Shown: piece after piece, positions 38,438 to 52,900 of the stretch | How the letters are laid out: each line of letters starts with the position of its first letter | Numbering within the stretch: the first letter of the stretch is position 1 | Assembly (NCBI GenBank): GCA_964035545.1 | Contig: OZ037765.1 | Location: 248,001 to 312,000, forward strand | Direction: 5' to 3' | DNA from: Bugula neritina | Taxonomy: Eukaryota; Animalia; Bryozoa | DNA: 64,000 bases | Translations under genes and position numbers: made by a program | The notes under the pieces: model-generated | What the model saw: the letters and a program-made list of their open reading frames with translations, nothing else | The model's database searches: none | What the model was told of the DNA's origin: nothing

Positions 38438-41400
38438 CAACATATAGTGTATTATGATACTATACAGTGTATTATGATACTATATAGTGTATTACAATAC
38501 TATATTATAATAATATAGTATTGGTTGATAAACGGGAAGAAACCAACTGCATGTGTGATTGCAAACTACAAAGTAAAACAACATAAACAAGGTAATTAAT
38601 GTTAACAGATGGGCATACAAATCCTAATTCAACAACTCCATTGTAACAAGTAACACTATCAACTATCACACAGCCAACTAAGGAGAGAAACACTAACTAA
38701 CCACTCCAGGTCGACCAGGCCGCCCTGTTGAGCAATCTCAGACTTGATTCTGTTGGCGAAGCTGATGGCACTCTCTCCCTCCAGCTGGGTGGCGGGTGGG
38801 AGGTACCAGACGTCTGCTACTATAGCCCAGCTGGTGAGCAGCATGCCGATGTGTTCCAGCATCGAGTACTTGCTTGAGTTCCAGAAACAGTCTGCGAACC
38901 GGGAGTCGTACTGCAAGAGTAGAATAACTGAGAGTATAGTGACTGTCAGTATAGTGACTGAGAGTACAGTGACTGAGAGTACAGTGACTGAGAGTACAGT
39001 GACTGAGAGTAGAGAGTGAGACTCACCTTAATAGCCACGGGGTAGATAGTCCCGCCGACCTCAAAGCTGCCTTTCTTGAACATCATAACGGAGGTATTGT
39101 TGATGCACGTCCCCTCAGGGAAGATAAGAACCGGGAACTTAGTCACGTCCTGTACGTGTGACTTCAGCCTACAGTCAGCCAATCACAGTGAAGGTCACAT
39201 CTCAGAGTAAAACTGATCACAATACTAACTATAAAGGGAAGACTCTGGTTTTATTCCGTAACATGAGTTGCCTCCTCTACATTGAGGAGTGAGAATACAA
39301 CTCCTACAATACAGCTCTGCCAGTAATAGAGTGAAGTTACCATAGCAACCAGTAAACAGAGCAACTCTACCTGCTAGCCACTGCCAGTCTGTCCTTAGCA
39401 ACAGATCTCTCGAACCAGATGTGGTCCGTGGCTCTAGAGAGGGCGTTCTGCACCATCCCCAGGAAACCCCCTTGTCTCTGTCCGATCTACAGAATACACT
39501 TACAGTAGAATATCTACAGAATACACTTACAGTAAAATATCTACAGAATACACTTACAGTAGAATGTCTACAGAATACACTTACAGTAGAATGTCTACAG
39601 AATACACTTACAGTAGAATATCTACAGAATACACTTACAGTAGAATGTCTACAGAATACACTTACAGTATAATATCTACAGAATACACTTACAGTAGAAT
39701 GTCTACAGAATACACTTACAGTAGAATGTCTACAGAATACACTTACAGTATAATATCTACAGAATACACTTACAGTAGAATGTCTACAGAATACACTTAC
39801 AGTAGAATATCTACAGAATACACTTACAGTAGAATATCTACAGAATACACTTACAGTAGAATGTCTACAGAATACACTTACAGTAGAATGTCTACAGAAT
39901 ACACTTACAGTAGAATATCTACAGAATACACTTACAGTAGAATATCTACAGAATACACTTACAGTAGAATATCTACAGAATACACTTACAGTATAATGTC
40001 TACAGAATACACTTACAGTATAATATCTACAGAATACACTTACAGTATAATGTCTACAGAATACACTTACAGTATAATATCTACAGAATACACTTACAGT
40101 AGAATGTCTACAGAATACACTTACAGTAGAATATCTACAGAATACACTTACAGTAGAATATCTACAGAATACACTTACAGTAGAATGTCTACAGAATACA
40201 CTTACAGTAGAATGTCTACAGAATACACTTACAGTATAATATCTACAGAATACACTTACAGTAGAATGTCTACAGAATACACTTACAGTAGAATATCTAC
40301 AGAATACACTTACAGTAAAATATCTACAGAATACACTTACAGTAGAATATCTACAGAAAACACTTACAGTAGAATATCTACAGAATACACTTACAGTATA
40401 ATATCTACAGAATACACTTACAGTAGAATGTCTACAGAATACACTTACAGTAGAATGTCTACAGAATACACTTACAGTAAAATATCTACAGAATACACTT
40501 ACAGTAGAATATCTACAGAATACACTTACAGTAGAATGTCTACAGAATACACTTACAGTAGAATATCTACAGAATACACTTACAGTAGAATGTCTACAGA
40601 ATACACTTACAGTATAATATCTACAGAATACACTTACAGTAGAATGTCTACAGAATACACTTACAGTAGAATGTCTACAGAATACACTTACAGTATAATA
40701 TCTACAGAATACACTTACAGTAGAATGTCTACAGAATACACTTACAGTAGAATATCTACAGAATACACTTACAGTAGAATATCTACAGAATACACTTACA
40801 GTAGAATGTCTACAGAATACACTTACAGTAGAATGTCTACAGAATACACTTACAGTAGAATGTCTACAGAATACACTTACAGTATAATATCTACAGAATA
40901 CACTTACAGTAGAATATCTACAGAATACACTTACAGTAGAATGTCTACAGAATACACTTACAGTAGAATGTCTTACAAAACCAACTATTCTACAGATTTC
41001 ACTTAATTGATTTAAAACTAGTGTAAAGAGAAACCTGCACCAGAACTTTACATTTAATTATATCACAGACACAATACAGTATACAGTATTGAGGAGGCAA
41101 ATCCCAAAATATAAAACTAGAACTAAACATGTAAACACTGGTAGAGTTGTAGAATGGACGTGTAGAGTAGTAAAGTGGACGTGTAGAGTAGTAGAGTAGA
41201 GTAGAGGTGTAGAGTGGATGTGTAGAGTTGTAGAGTGGACGTGTAGAGTAGTAGAGTAGAGTGGACGTGTAGAGTAGTAGAGTGGACGTGTAGAGTAGTA
41301 GAGTGGCCGTGTAGAGTAGTAGAGTGGACGTGTAGAGTAGTAGAGTGGACGTGTAGAGTAGTAGAGTAGACGTGTAGAGTTGTAGAGTAGACGTGTAGAG

Positions 41401-44400
41401 TGGACGTGTAGAGTGTAGAGTAGACGTGTAGAGTGGACGTGTAGAGTAGTAGAGTAGACGTGTAGAGTAGTAGAGTGGAAGTGTAGAGTAGTAGAGTTGT
41501 AGAGTAGTAGAGTAGAGTGTAGAGTAGTAGAGTAGACGTGTAGAGTTGTAGAGTGGACGTGTAGAGTTGTAGAGTGGACGTGTAAAGTAGTAGAGTGGAC
41601 GTGTAGAGTAGTAGAGTAGAGTAGTAGAGTAGACGTGTAGAGTAGTAGAGTAGACGTGTAGAGTGGACGTGTAGAGTGTAGAGTAGACGTGTAGAGTGGA
41701 CGTGTAGAGTAGTAGAGTAGACGTGTAGAGTAGAGTGTAGAGTAGTAGAGTGGACGTGTAGAGTTGTAGAGTGGACGTGTAGAGTAGTAGAGTAGACGTG
41801 TAGAGTAGTAGAGTAGACGTGTAGAGTAGACGTGTAGAGTAGAGTGGACGTGTAGAGTAGTAGAGTAGAAGTGTAGAGTAGTAGAGTAGAAGTGTAGAGT
41901 AGTAGAGTAGACGTGTAGAGTAGACGTGTAGAGTAGTAGAGTAGACGTGTAGAGTAGTAGAGTAGACGTGTAGAGTGGAAGTGTAGAGTTGTAGAGTGGA
42001 CGTGTAGAGTAGTAGAGTAGACGTGTAGAGTAGTAGAGTGGACGTGTAGAGTAGTAGAGTAGACGTGTAGAGTGGAAGTGTAGAGTGGACGTGTAGAGTA
42101 GATGAGAGATGGGAGATAAGAGACCGGGAAGCCTTCAGTAAACAGAACTATCTGGTATTACTATGGCAAGTAGATATGGAATCATATGTAAATATCAAGT
42201 AGATGTTATCAGTACAGCTACTCCACTTATCACTCTTTTACTACTACAAGGTATGAATCCCACACTCCTGTCAGAAGTACTGTAACCTGACTCAACAACC
42301 GGTGCTGACGTGAAGAGTGCTGCCACTAGGGATAGTTAACAGACAGACAGACAGACTATGAGTAGAGATGCACAAACAAATATATAATGATATTATACTA
42401 GTTACCAGAGCATAGCAGTTGTCATTCTGCATGATAATCACATCGATGGGGGATGTGTGGTTGGCCACACATATTCCTCCAGGTTTAGCCCGATTCTCTC
42501 TGAAATACAACCAAACAGTGTTAATCTAGTTTATACCACAGAGTATCTTAGGAGAGGTCAATTCCTGGGAGTTATCTTCTCACATACTTGCTGAGTGACA
42601 GAGGGTTGCTGTGGGTACATGCGTACCTATACACCCAATATCTCCATTCTACTAACATGCATTTTTGCTTAAAAGGAATGAAATGTTGATATGAGAGTTT
42701 AGCCATTTTTAGCGAACTTTTTAAATTTTGATTTCTTTAAAACTTTCCATGGATAGGCTGATCCCATTTAATAATTTTCATAGTCCCTGAGTCTAGGTTA
42801 TCAACAAGAATATCAATATGAATATTGTTTGGAATAAATAGCACTAGTGGGTATACATTGTCATTACTATGATCATTGTGTCAGTATATGCTAAACTACG
42901 TTTGTGTGAATGCTTTGACAATAGACAATGTAATTTGAACAGTAGAGATGTACCTTTGGAAAATTAACACCAAAGTTACAACAAGCAGCAGAAATATATG
43001 ATTTATCTTGATGGTTTATCACCAGTTCAAGTTTAACTAAAACAGTGATAGACAACTCAAGTTCGACTAGAGCCGGTCATTTGGGAAAGGGTAAACTGCA
43101 ACTAAACACTTGCCTACTGCATAGACAGGCCACTGTATGGACACGAGAAAGCTCTCATATTTCCACTGCAGGTTTGGCCCACGTGTAAGCAGTAGTGACC
43201 TTTGGCACCACGCGGATTGTGCATGATGCGTGAGACGACCCACGCCCCTTGTAGGGTGATGAATGACTTGCAGACGACAGTGCGTGGCGTATATTCCATA
43301 TACCGGCTACTGCGCTGTGAATAGTTGAAAGCCGTACGTATTGCATCAGCTGCCCGCTAGTCCAGTTACTAGCTAACGTCTAGTTTCTGCTGCAGCAGAT
43401 AATTCAGTCAACTTTCTACAACTATCATGTTTAAGTAGCACCAGTGTCAACATGGTCAGATGTTGTGCACTTTAAACTCTACACTTTGAAATCTGAGATG
43501 AACTATAGCCAGATTGACCTCAGACTACACACACAGAAAGTTAGGGGGGAGGTTGAAGTTGTCCTTCTCAGATGAATAATTCACTGAGGCTAAGATATCA
43601 ACTGATTACACCAGTATACTAGTTATATCAACACAAACACTTTTCTAAAGCTGCAGGCCAAATCCAAGGATTTATAACACGACTACTGAGCCCCAACACT
43701 AACAAAGCCAATACTAACAAACCAACACAATCAATTTGATTGCCACACCCTCACTTGTTGCAACATGCTGTTAGGTTTTGTGAGTTTATTCATCTACTGA
43801 AAGTGCTGCAACATTCAGCTAATCCACCTGATTGACTAAAGTCTTGTGGTTAGTTGAAAGTCAAATACTCCACAAATTAATTTAAATTACATGCAATGCA
43901 TTTTAAGAGGAAATAACAATTGTCTCCCACCACCCTAGAGCTAGGTTAGTTAATATTGCAACATAACCTTCCAACTCGTGTCTCCTAGTAATTCACGATA
44001 CACTTCAGTTACTCTGAATTACTCCCTGGACTTTGCCCTTCAACTCTCAACTCTCCATTCAACCAGTGGAAAGTGAGTCACATTCAGAGATGAGTGAATT
44101 TGACCTGAGAAATTTCACCCCAACTGAGATGCTGATTTCAGCTACATTTGAAAGGAGTTATAAAGTTCCCCACACTGCTAGCACCCAGCTACAGTTACTG
44201 TCTGTCTGTTTGGTCTGTCTGTTTGTCCAGAAGACACCGTGTGAACAAACATATTCTCTACTCCGGATGTAGAGGGAGTGATAGTTACACTTTCAATTAC
44301 GAGTTGTGAGTGGTATTCTATTGAATTGGTACTAGTACTACTGCTAGTACTAGTACTAGTACTAGTACTACTACTAGTACTAGTACTACTGCTAGTACTT

Positions 44401-47400
44401 AGTACTAGTACTAGTACTACTGCTAGTACTAGTACTACTGCTAGTATTAGTACTAGCAGTAGTACTAGTACTAGCAGTAGTACTAGTACTAGTACTACTG
44501 CTAGTACTAGTACTACTGCTAGTATTAGTACTAGCAGTAGTACTAGTACTAGCAGTAGTACTAGTACTAGTACTACTACTAGTACTAGTACTACTACTAG
44601 TACTAGTACTACTACTAGTACTAGTACTAGCAGTAGTACTAGTACTAGTACTACTGCTAGTATTAGTACTAGCAGTAGTACTACTGCTAGTACTAGCAGT
44701 AGTACTAGTACTACTACTAGTACTAGTACTACTACTAGTACTAGTACTAGCAGTAGTACTAGTACTTAGTAACTGAGACTCACGTGTTGTGAAAGCGAAT
44801 GACTGCACCGAAGGCCCTGGTTATGACTCTGCAACTCATGATGGTGAAATACTTGTTGGCGTAGAACCTCATTCTACAAACAAACAAATTATTTATATAT
44901 TAGTATTCAGCTTCCCTGGTGTTGAATTGTTCTCTAAGAGTACCCAGGTATTGATATTAGTTTGGAGGAGTTACATAACACTGATTACATAATACCCAAA
45001 CATTGCATGACAGTCTGTGGTGCAAACAAAACTTCAAGAATAATAAATAAATCAATTATAAGTACTCACAGCAACTCATATAACACGGACACAACACAAA
45101 CTGAATAACATATAATACTGATTAGACCAAACCAACTACAGCCAATAGTGGGAGGAGCTATATTCATTCTGCTAAAGAGTTGCAACTTATAATTTCAGGT
45201 GCAGGACAGAGGTAAGACTGTAAACATGGGTTTATCATATAACTTCATCAGTCTGAGTCCTAACTACCATATTATTGCTACTTCAATACAACTATCAGCA
45301 GCTTGAGTACATCTCAGTAACTGCCCACCCCTAGCAACCAAACTCTCAGTAACTGCTACCTACTTATTTATCATTTAAAAGTTTATAAAGCAGATAATAA
45401 AATTAATTTGAAAATGCAAAAAGCATATCAAATAATTTGCTGCACTTTCACACATGTGGCAGTGGTGTATACAGCAAGGGTGTGGCAGTGGTGTATAGAG
45501 CAGGGGCAAGGGAACATGTTGAGAATAAATGAAAATAAAAAGTAAATAAATATATAAAGTGAAAATTAAACGATCCAGACTTACATACTTACTTTCTAAA
45601 ATACAAGAAGTATTGTTTAAGTATATTCTTACAGTCTAGTAGTTGGATTAAACATATATGAAAGATAAACATTTATCAAAATAAATAAATAAATAGAAAT
45701 AATATTCTGGACACCACTGTATCCATCTTCAGAGGTAGTTCATCTATTCCTTCATAACTACTAACTTTCTCACAAGGAAAGGCTCAGTTTATTGTCAAGA
45801 TTACATATCCTACCCTCCCACCCTCCACTACAGTACAAACAGGAAAAGCATTCAATGCTACGTAAGTTAGACAACGAGTAAACAAAACCTCACCTTCTGT
45901 TGGGAATGTATCCAACTATAGCTGTTGTGATGACCAGTAGCCCGAGCCCCACGGACACTATGCACAGTCTAACTGGGAGTAGAACACAGTACCGGAATAT
46001 GCCCCCTACCAGCCACAGGAATGTCAGTCTATTGCTGATGTGCTGATAGTTTAAGTTGGTTCGAGTCAACAAGTTCCACGAAGATAATTCTAGAAAAACA
46101 GTAAAACCTTTGTATGGTCATGACATTCAACAGTAGGATGCAGCAAACACATAGGCATGGTGCTTATTGACAGCAATCAGATAAGCATGGTGCTTATTGA
46201 CAGCAATCAGATAAGCATGGTGCTTACCTGAAGAGAGAAACCTCTGAGTCACATCATCTTCTACTATTGACTGAAACAAAACCAGCGAGTTGTAGTGAAC
46301 GGCATACAGAATACTACTACTAACCTCTACACAATACTACTACTAACCTCTACACAATACTACTACTAACCTCTACACAATACTACTACTAACCTCTACA
46401 CAATAATACTACTAACCTCTACACAATACTACTACTAACCTCTACACAATACTACTACTAACCTCTACACAATACTACTACTAACCTCTACACAATACTA
46501 CTACTAACCTCTACAGAATACTACTACTAACCTCTACACAATACTACTACTAACCTCTACACAATACTACTACTAACCTCTACAGAATACTACTACTAAC
46601 CTCTACACAATACTACTACTAACCTCTACACAATACTACTACTAACCTCTACACAATACTATTACTAACCTCTACACAATACTACTACTAACCTCTACAG
46701 AATACTACTACTAACCTCTACACAATACTACTAACCTCTACACAATACTACTACTAACCTCTACACAATACTACTACTAACCTCTACACAATACTACTTA
46801 CCTCTACACAATACTACTACTAACCTCTACACAATACTACTACTAACCTCTACACAATACTACTACTAACCTCTACACAATACTACTACTAACCTCTACA
46901 CAATACTACTACTAACCTCTACGCCACTTCTACAGAAGAACATGGCATCTTTAAGCTGAAACTCATGCTGCAAAGTCGCCAAGGACCTGACGTTAGGAAT
47001 CTTCTTAGTGTGAACTTTAGCTTGCCTGTGTATCAGCTTAACCTCGTCTCCATTTTGTGTGACCGAGTCAAAATTCGGGGAGTTATGCTCACCATCGCTA
47101 TCGGAATCGCTCGACGGCTCTTCTTGGTCGGATTGAAATGTTATCTTTTCTCTTCCTAACTGGCAATTCGCATAACAGCATAGAAACAACTACACTCATT
47201 GCAGGTTTAGTCAGTCATCATTTCATAATCTAACATTTATTGTAGTTAATTTTATTGCCATCTAGATAATAAGAGATAACATCATATTCTAATTCATAGT
47301 GATAATGATGGCCATAAAGTTAAAAAGGAAGGAGTAAGGTGATAATTAATATACCGATAACGTAATTACCATTATATTAATGTTGAGTATTACCTTACTC

Positions 47401-48399
47401 TTTAGTAATAATGTTAATAATAACAAATAAATAGCTATCACAATGTTATATCTAATAGTAATAGGTTATATGACTAGCTACAAGAGTAAGCATTGGTATT
47501 ACTACCAGTATAACTATAAATATTATTATAAGTATTACTGTCATATAAATATTAAAATAACTATTTATATTAGCATTACTAATACTACCTATTATTACTA
47601 TTATACTTAGTATTACTATAAAATAAATATAACACTCACACTGATACGATTACAGTATGAGTATGACTAAGACTAAGAGTATAATATCAATTGTATAACT
47701 ATAACTTCAAGTAGTTTTTTCAACTTGGCACAATCACAATGACAATAGCCGTTTACAGTTTTAAAAAATATATTTCAACTAAATCTCAAACTGGCATTAG
47801 CACAGCATTCACTGTCAGTGATAATCATAATGATTATGTCATAGTGATGATAAAACTAAAAGCATGTAACTTGTAAGCTAAATAATTAATATTATAATTG
47901 TAATAAAATTTTGAATATAATTTTGAATAACCATGACATTTATATCATTACTAATAATATTTTATTATTAATATAAATATTATTATCATTATGATAACGT
48001 TATTAGATTAGATTTAATTATTTATATTTTATAATTATATTCATCATCATTTTATCACCATTATGATTATCATTATGATTATTGATTATAATATTATTAT
48101 TGACAACAAATTAAAGTTTTAATAATATTATCAAATATAATAATTCAAAAATAAGTATAACACTTATGATTTAACATTAACTAATAAGTAATAACTTAAA
48201 CTTGGAGTAAAAGTTATCAACTAATATTAATAAGTAAAACTAAAAGAAAATAACTTACGTCAAAAACCTTGAGAAGAACCTGAACATAAAATTTTCTGAG
48301 ACCAAACGATTTTCCTATAACTGCTAAGAAAATGGCTAAAGATAGTAAAAAAAACAATGGCATTAAAATAATAGGTAAGTAAAACATGCTGAACACCAT
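38050..48399 (-). CDS. GPAT3: Microsomal glycerol-3-phosphate acyltransferase (GPAT3/GPAT4 co-ortholog)
   Basis: Exons 48259-48399, 46917-47159, 46228-46270, 45894-46089, 44784-44873, 42406-42499, 39371-39486, 39027-39168, 38702-38910, 38050-38140. Motifs ELSSWNLLTRTN, GICVANHTSPIDV (HxxxxD), HIWFERS, LIFPEGTCINNTSVMMFKKGSFE and GGLVDLEWDGGLKR. Confidence 0.96.
38148..38362. repeat. 23-bp minisatellite (agagaacacaactctatacagca)n
   Basis: About 9 copies running into the last GPAT acceptor. Confidence 0.9.
39486..40975 (-). repeat. 27-bp minisatellite containing the GPAT exon-7 acceptor and a consensus donor
   Basis: Minus-strand unit ATATTCTACT|GTAAGTGTATTCTGTAG|, about 55 copies; the terminal copy supplies the real acceptor TTCTGTAG|ATCGGA at 39487. 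Confidence 0.97.
41140..42100. repeat. Degenerate (gtagagt / ggacgtgtagagt)n simple repeat
   Basis: About 1 kb of intermixed short units. Confidence 0.95.
44328..44770. repeat. (act/agtact)n palindromic simple repeat
   Basis: Self-complementary AGTACT/ACTAGT words; reads poly-ST on both strands. Confidence 0.95.
46305..46921 (-). repeat. 23-bp minisatellite containing the GPAT exon-2 donor
   Basis: Minus-strand unit GTAGAG|GTTAGTAGTAGTATTGT, about 27 copies; real junction at 46917/46916. Confidence 0.95.
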
Positions 48400-49409
48400 T
48401 TTGATTCCTATCTCTCATCTGTTTACTGGCTTGACCTGCCTACTACTACTAGCACTACTGCTAGTGTGAGTAGAAATAGTTGTGAAAAATTCGCTCTTTT
48501 TAAAAGTCAAACAACTCGCTGTGCTCCGAGAGCTGTCTTTATTTTGATCGGCTAAATTTTAACTAACGGCTGTTTGGGTCACGATATTTCTATGCCTACT
48601 GTAGGCGTGCCCTTCCTACACGTATGACTAAACCATGTCGTAAATATTCATTGAGTTCACAACTCCTACTTAAGCAAATTTCGCTACATCCTATTCTTTT
48701 CGACATTTGTTCATATTATATTTACAAGTTATGAGTCAAAGTTTATTAGAACATTATATTATAATCAGTATTACTGCCAATAATATATAGGAAATATGTT
48801 CATAGTTAAATTATGTACTCTACTTAATGTTTCGGACAGAGAACATATTGAGCTTTCAGTAGTGATCTTTTTACATCAAATTGAACACATCACAAGCAAA
48901 CCGAGTAAATTTTATTTTATAACATTTTATACAATGAACTTAAATAGTTTTATTACTGAATTAAATATTTCTCAAATACTACAGTTGCTCTTCAAGTTTT
49001 TACTATTAATAACACCATAATAACATTTTATTTTTAAACACTCATGCATGGCGTATAAAGTATATTATATATTCACTACTACGCTGTACAATGAATAGAC
49101 ACATAAATTGAAGAATTCGTCAAAAAATAATAAATAGTAACATGCACAAATAACATGAGAGGCAATAGACATAACATGGCAGCCTGTAGGATAGAGTAAG
49201 TTAGTTCAACATAAAGAATAATCAACATTTCATCACAGGGCAGTAGAAACAGCTACTAACTTATAGCTGATTAAATGTAATACTGAGTGTGTCTACTGTT
49301 TGCAGTACTAATAAAATATAATAATATAGCAGACATATCAACACTATTTACAAATGCTGCTAAAGGCATTGACTGTAGAAGCACCAAAATAATAATATAA
49401 AACAGTTTG

Positions 49410-49905
49410 TAGATATCATTGTATCTAGTAGCTGTCATTGTATCTAGTAGATATCATTGTATCTAGTAGATATCATTGTATCTAGTAGATGTCATTGTAT
49501 CTAGTGGACATCATTGTATCTAGTAGATGTCATTGTATCTAGTAGCTGTCATTGTATCTAGTTGATATCATTGTATCTGGTAGATGTCATTGTATCTAGT
49601 AGATATCATTGTATCTAGTAGATATCATTGTATCTAGTGGACATCATTGTATCTAGTAGATGTCATTGTATCTGGTAGATGTCATTGTATCTAGTAGATA
49701 TCATTGTATCTAGTAGATATCATTGTATCTAGTAGATATCATTGTATCTAGTAGATATCATTGTATCTAGTAGATATCATTGTATCTAGTGGACATCATT
49801 GTATCTAGTAGATGTCATTGTATCTAGTTGATGTCATTGTATCTAGTTGATATCATTGTATCTAGTAGATATCATTGTATCTGGTAGATGTCATTGTATC
49901 TAGTT
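49410..49905. repeat. 19-bp minisatellite (atcattgtatctagtagat)n in the FNIP 3' UTR
   Basis: About 26 copies starting ~10 nt after the FNIP stop; the unit contains the inverted repeat ATCTA-g-TAGAT. Confidence 0.92.
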
Positions 49906-49915
49906 GAGGTCAAGG

Positions 49916-52900
49916 TTAGTAAATGCCGTGCACATTGACCGTGGAATGAGTAGCCGAGACTGAGAGGAGGAACTTTATATCACTCGTCTCCATTCTAAAA
50001 ATAGAATCATGTGACTCTATAAATAGATGCTACAAGACTATAGAAGAAACAAATAAAATAGCCTTAGAGATAAACTTGATAGGATGAGAGGCGCTTCTAC
50101 CCACCCAAACATTGCATCCAGTTCGTCCATATCCACTTTCTTCCTGCTTTTGATGTACTCCGAGAGCATTCGACTCTTGAAGAACATTTCCTGTAGCCTG
50201 TCTTCCATGTGCATCAGTATCTGCGTACACAGAGGTAGAGAAATATTACACACTTTGTAGGAACAAGGGCTAGACAGGTGAACAGCAGAGTAAAGCAGGA
50301 GAACACAACTACTGGGAGTAGATATTGATATATGAGAAAGGTAAGCTGACTCAGTATTATGTAATAATAAACAAAAGATACGCCACACAGCGGTGACTAC
50401 TCGCTGCCTCTACAGGAAGGAGTGGAGAGAGAGAATGCTGACTTACAAACTCGGGGGACATGCGCAGTTTGGCGAGGTTGCTGACGGTCTCCACCATGGC
50501 CATGACGAGGTGAGACGCTGCCAGAGGTTTGGGCTGCTCCCTCATGCTGGAGCAGAGGCTGACGCTCCACCTCTCCGTGTCAGCGACCACACACACGGCC
50601 TCGCTGATCCTGTCGTCCAGAACTGAGTGGCTGACAGAGGAGACCAGGTCTTTCTGCACCTGGAACAGCGGAGAGAACATTCAAATACTAGAAAAGTTTG
50701 AGCAGCAAAAAAGGTGAAAAAAATTTATATTTGTGAAATGTATCAAAACACGACACAAACATGTTGAACTACAGATAACACTCAACAGTATAAACTGTAG
50801 AAGCTGCACTGTGCCTGAGTAGAGAAAATGATGCAACGTCTACTAACAGTAGACGACATACCTTAGGGATGACATCATCATCAGACGTTCCGTGGAGCAC
50901 GAAGTCTGAGAGGTAATGATCAGAGAAACTGGCCAATTGCTGTCTCCCGAAACTAGTCGTTGATATGGACGTGTCAGCTAGTTTAGAGATATTCGTAGAT
51001 CTACAGAGTATAATCTACAGAGTATAATCTACAGAGTATGATCTACAGAGTATAATCTACAGAGTATAATCTACAGAGTATGATCTACAGAGTGTAATCT
51101 ACAGAGTATAATTTACAGAGTATAATCTACAGAGTATGATCTACAGAGTATGATCTACAGAGTATAATCTACAGAGTATAATCTACAGAGTATGATCTAC
51201 AGAGTGTAATCTACAGAGTATAATTTACAGAGTATAATCTACAGAGTATAATATACAGAGTATACTCTACAGAGTATAATATACAGAGTATAATCTACAG
51301 AGTATAATCTACAGAGTATAATCTACAGAATATAATATACAGAGTATAATCTACAGAGTATAATCTACAGAGTATAATCTACAGACATGACAATGAAATG
51401 CAGGCATAAGCAAACCATAGAAAATCACATTCTGTCCATGCAAACAAATAGAAAAACATTAAATCAACTGCCACCATGTTCTCTTTCTAATTATATAAAA
51501 TCTCTAATTTCCTCAATTCTATTTTTCTACCATCACCCCTGCTGAGTAACATACACTACTGAGTAATACACTACTGAGTAACACACTACTGAGTAATACA
51601 CACTACTGAGTAATACACACTACTGAGTAATACACTACTGAGTAACACACTACTGAGTAATACACTACTGAGTAATACACTACTGAGTAATACACTACTG
51701 AGTAATACACTACTGAGTAATACACTACTGAGTAATACACACTACTGAGTAATACACACTACTGAGTAATACACACTACTGAGTAATACACACTACTGAG
51801 TAATACACACTACTGAGTAACACACACTACTGAGTAACACACTACTGAGTAATACACACTACTGAGTAATACACTACTGAGTAATACACACTACTGAGTA
51901 ATACACTACTGAGTAATACACACTACTGAGTAATACACACTACTGAGTAACACACACTGCTGACGTAACACACACGACACTCACCTCGGCATGTTCAATT
52001 CTTCGTATCCACTGAAAGGGTCGGGATCTGGCTCAGTGCCAAGACAAGTGGTTGGACAGGCGGAGAGGTGTCTGCATTTGCCGTCTGGACAGGGGGTGTT
52101 GGCACCGCTGAGGAAACGGAATAACGTAATACAGTATCGAATACACATTTCATAATAAACACAAAGCAGACGAGTCACATGACACACAGCAGACGAGTCA
52201 CATGACACACAGCAGACGAGTCACATGACACACAGCAGACGAGTCACATGACCTTACCCTTTGATAGTCTGAGGAGTGCTGCACCGGCTGCTCTGTTTAC
52301 CTACGCTAAGATTCCGGGGTCTGAAGATCTCGTCAACAGTAGAGCCGCTGGCGGACATTGCCGGGATGGTGGGAGTAGTCGGGGAGATCACGGATTGCGT
52401 GATGGTCGTGTTGCTCACAGTTTTAGTGACGGGAGTTTTACCCTCGACATTCGCCTGTCCGTGCTGATGGAAGCCCGACTCCTTGACCACCTTGAAGAGC
52501 ACGTTTCTACTGCTGGCTGCCGCTAGCACCTCCGTAGGCCCTCCATCATCAGCAAAGAGGTTAGAGAAGCTGTCGAGATTATCGTCATCAAAGTACTCGT
52601 CAAACTGACTGGTGCTCAGATCAGAGTTCTGACGGGAGAGACACGGCGGCTTCCCGTCAAAATACTCGTCAAACTCCTCGTCTTTGATCTCCGAGGAGAA
52701 AAGTCTGACTAGATTCCGTCTATTGAAAGGTTTGTCCACGAGCTTAGGCTTAGTTCCAGAATGTAGAGCTTCAGGTAGGGTGGAGGGTATGGAAGCCCGG
52801 TGCACTGGTCTAATCACTTCTGGTCTGACCTCAGTCGGAGGTGCCAGACACTGGATCAGTTTGACGGGAGAATTACTCTCCATCGGAGTGAGTGCAGCAG

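Noticed and set aside
39486-40975. CRISPR-like regular array (also other arrays such as 59004-59650)
   Set aside because: Head-to-tail repeats without unique spacers, no cas genes, eukaryotic context.
39564-41006. 480-aa ORF of (STEYTYSRM)n
   Set aside because: Translation of a 27-bp intronic minisatellite on the strand opposite GPAT; no start context or domain.
43530-43560. CCCTAAC on the minus strand as a telomerase RNA template
   Set aside because: Only 7 nt, with no recognisable pseudoknot or H/ACA domain.
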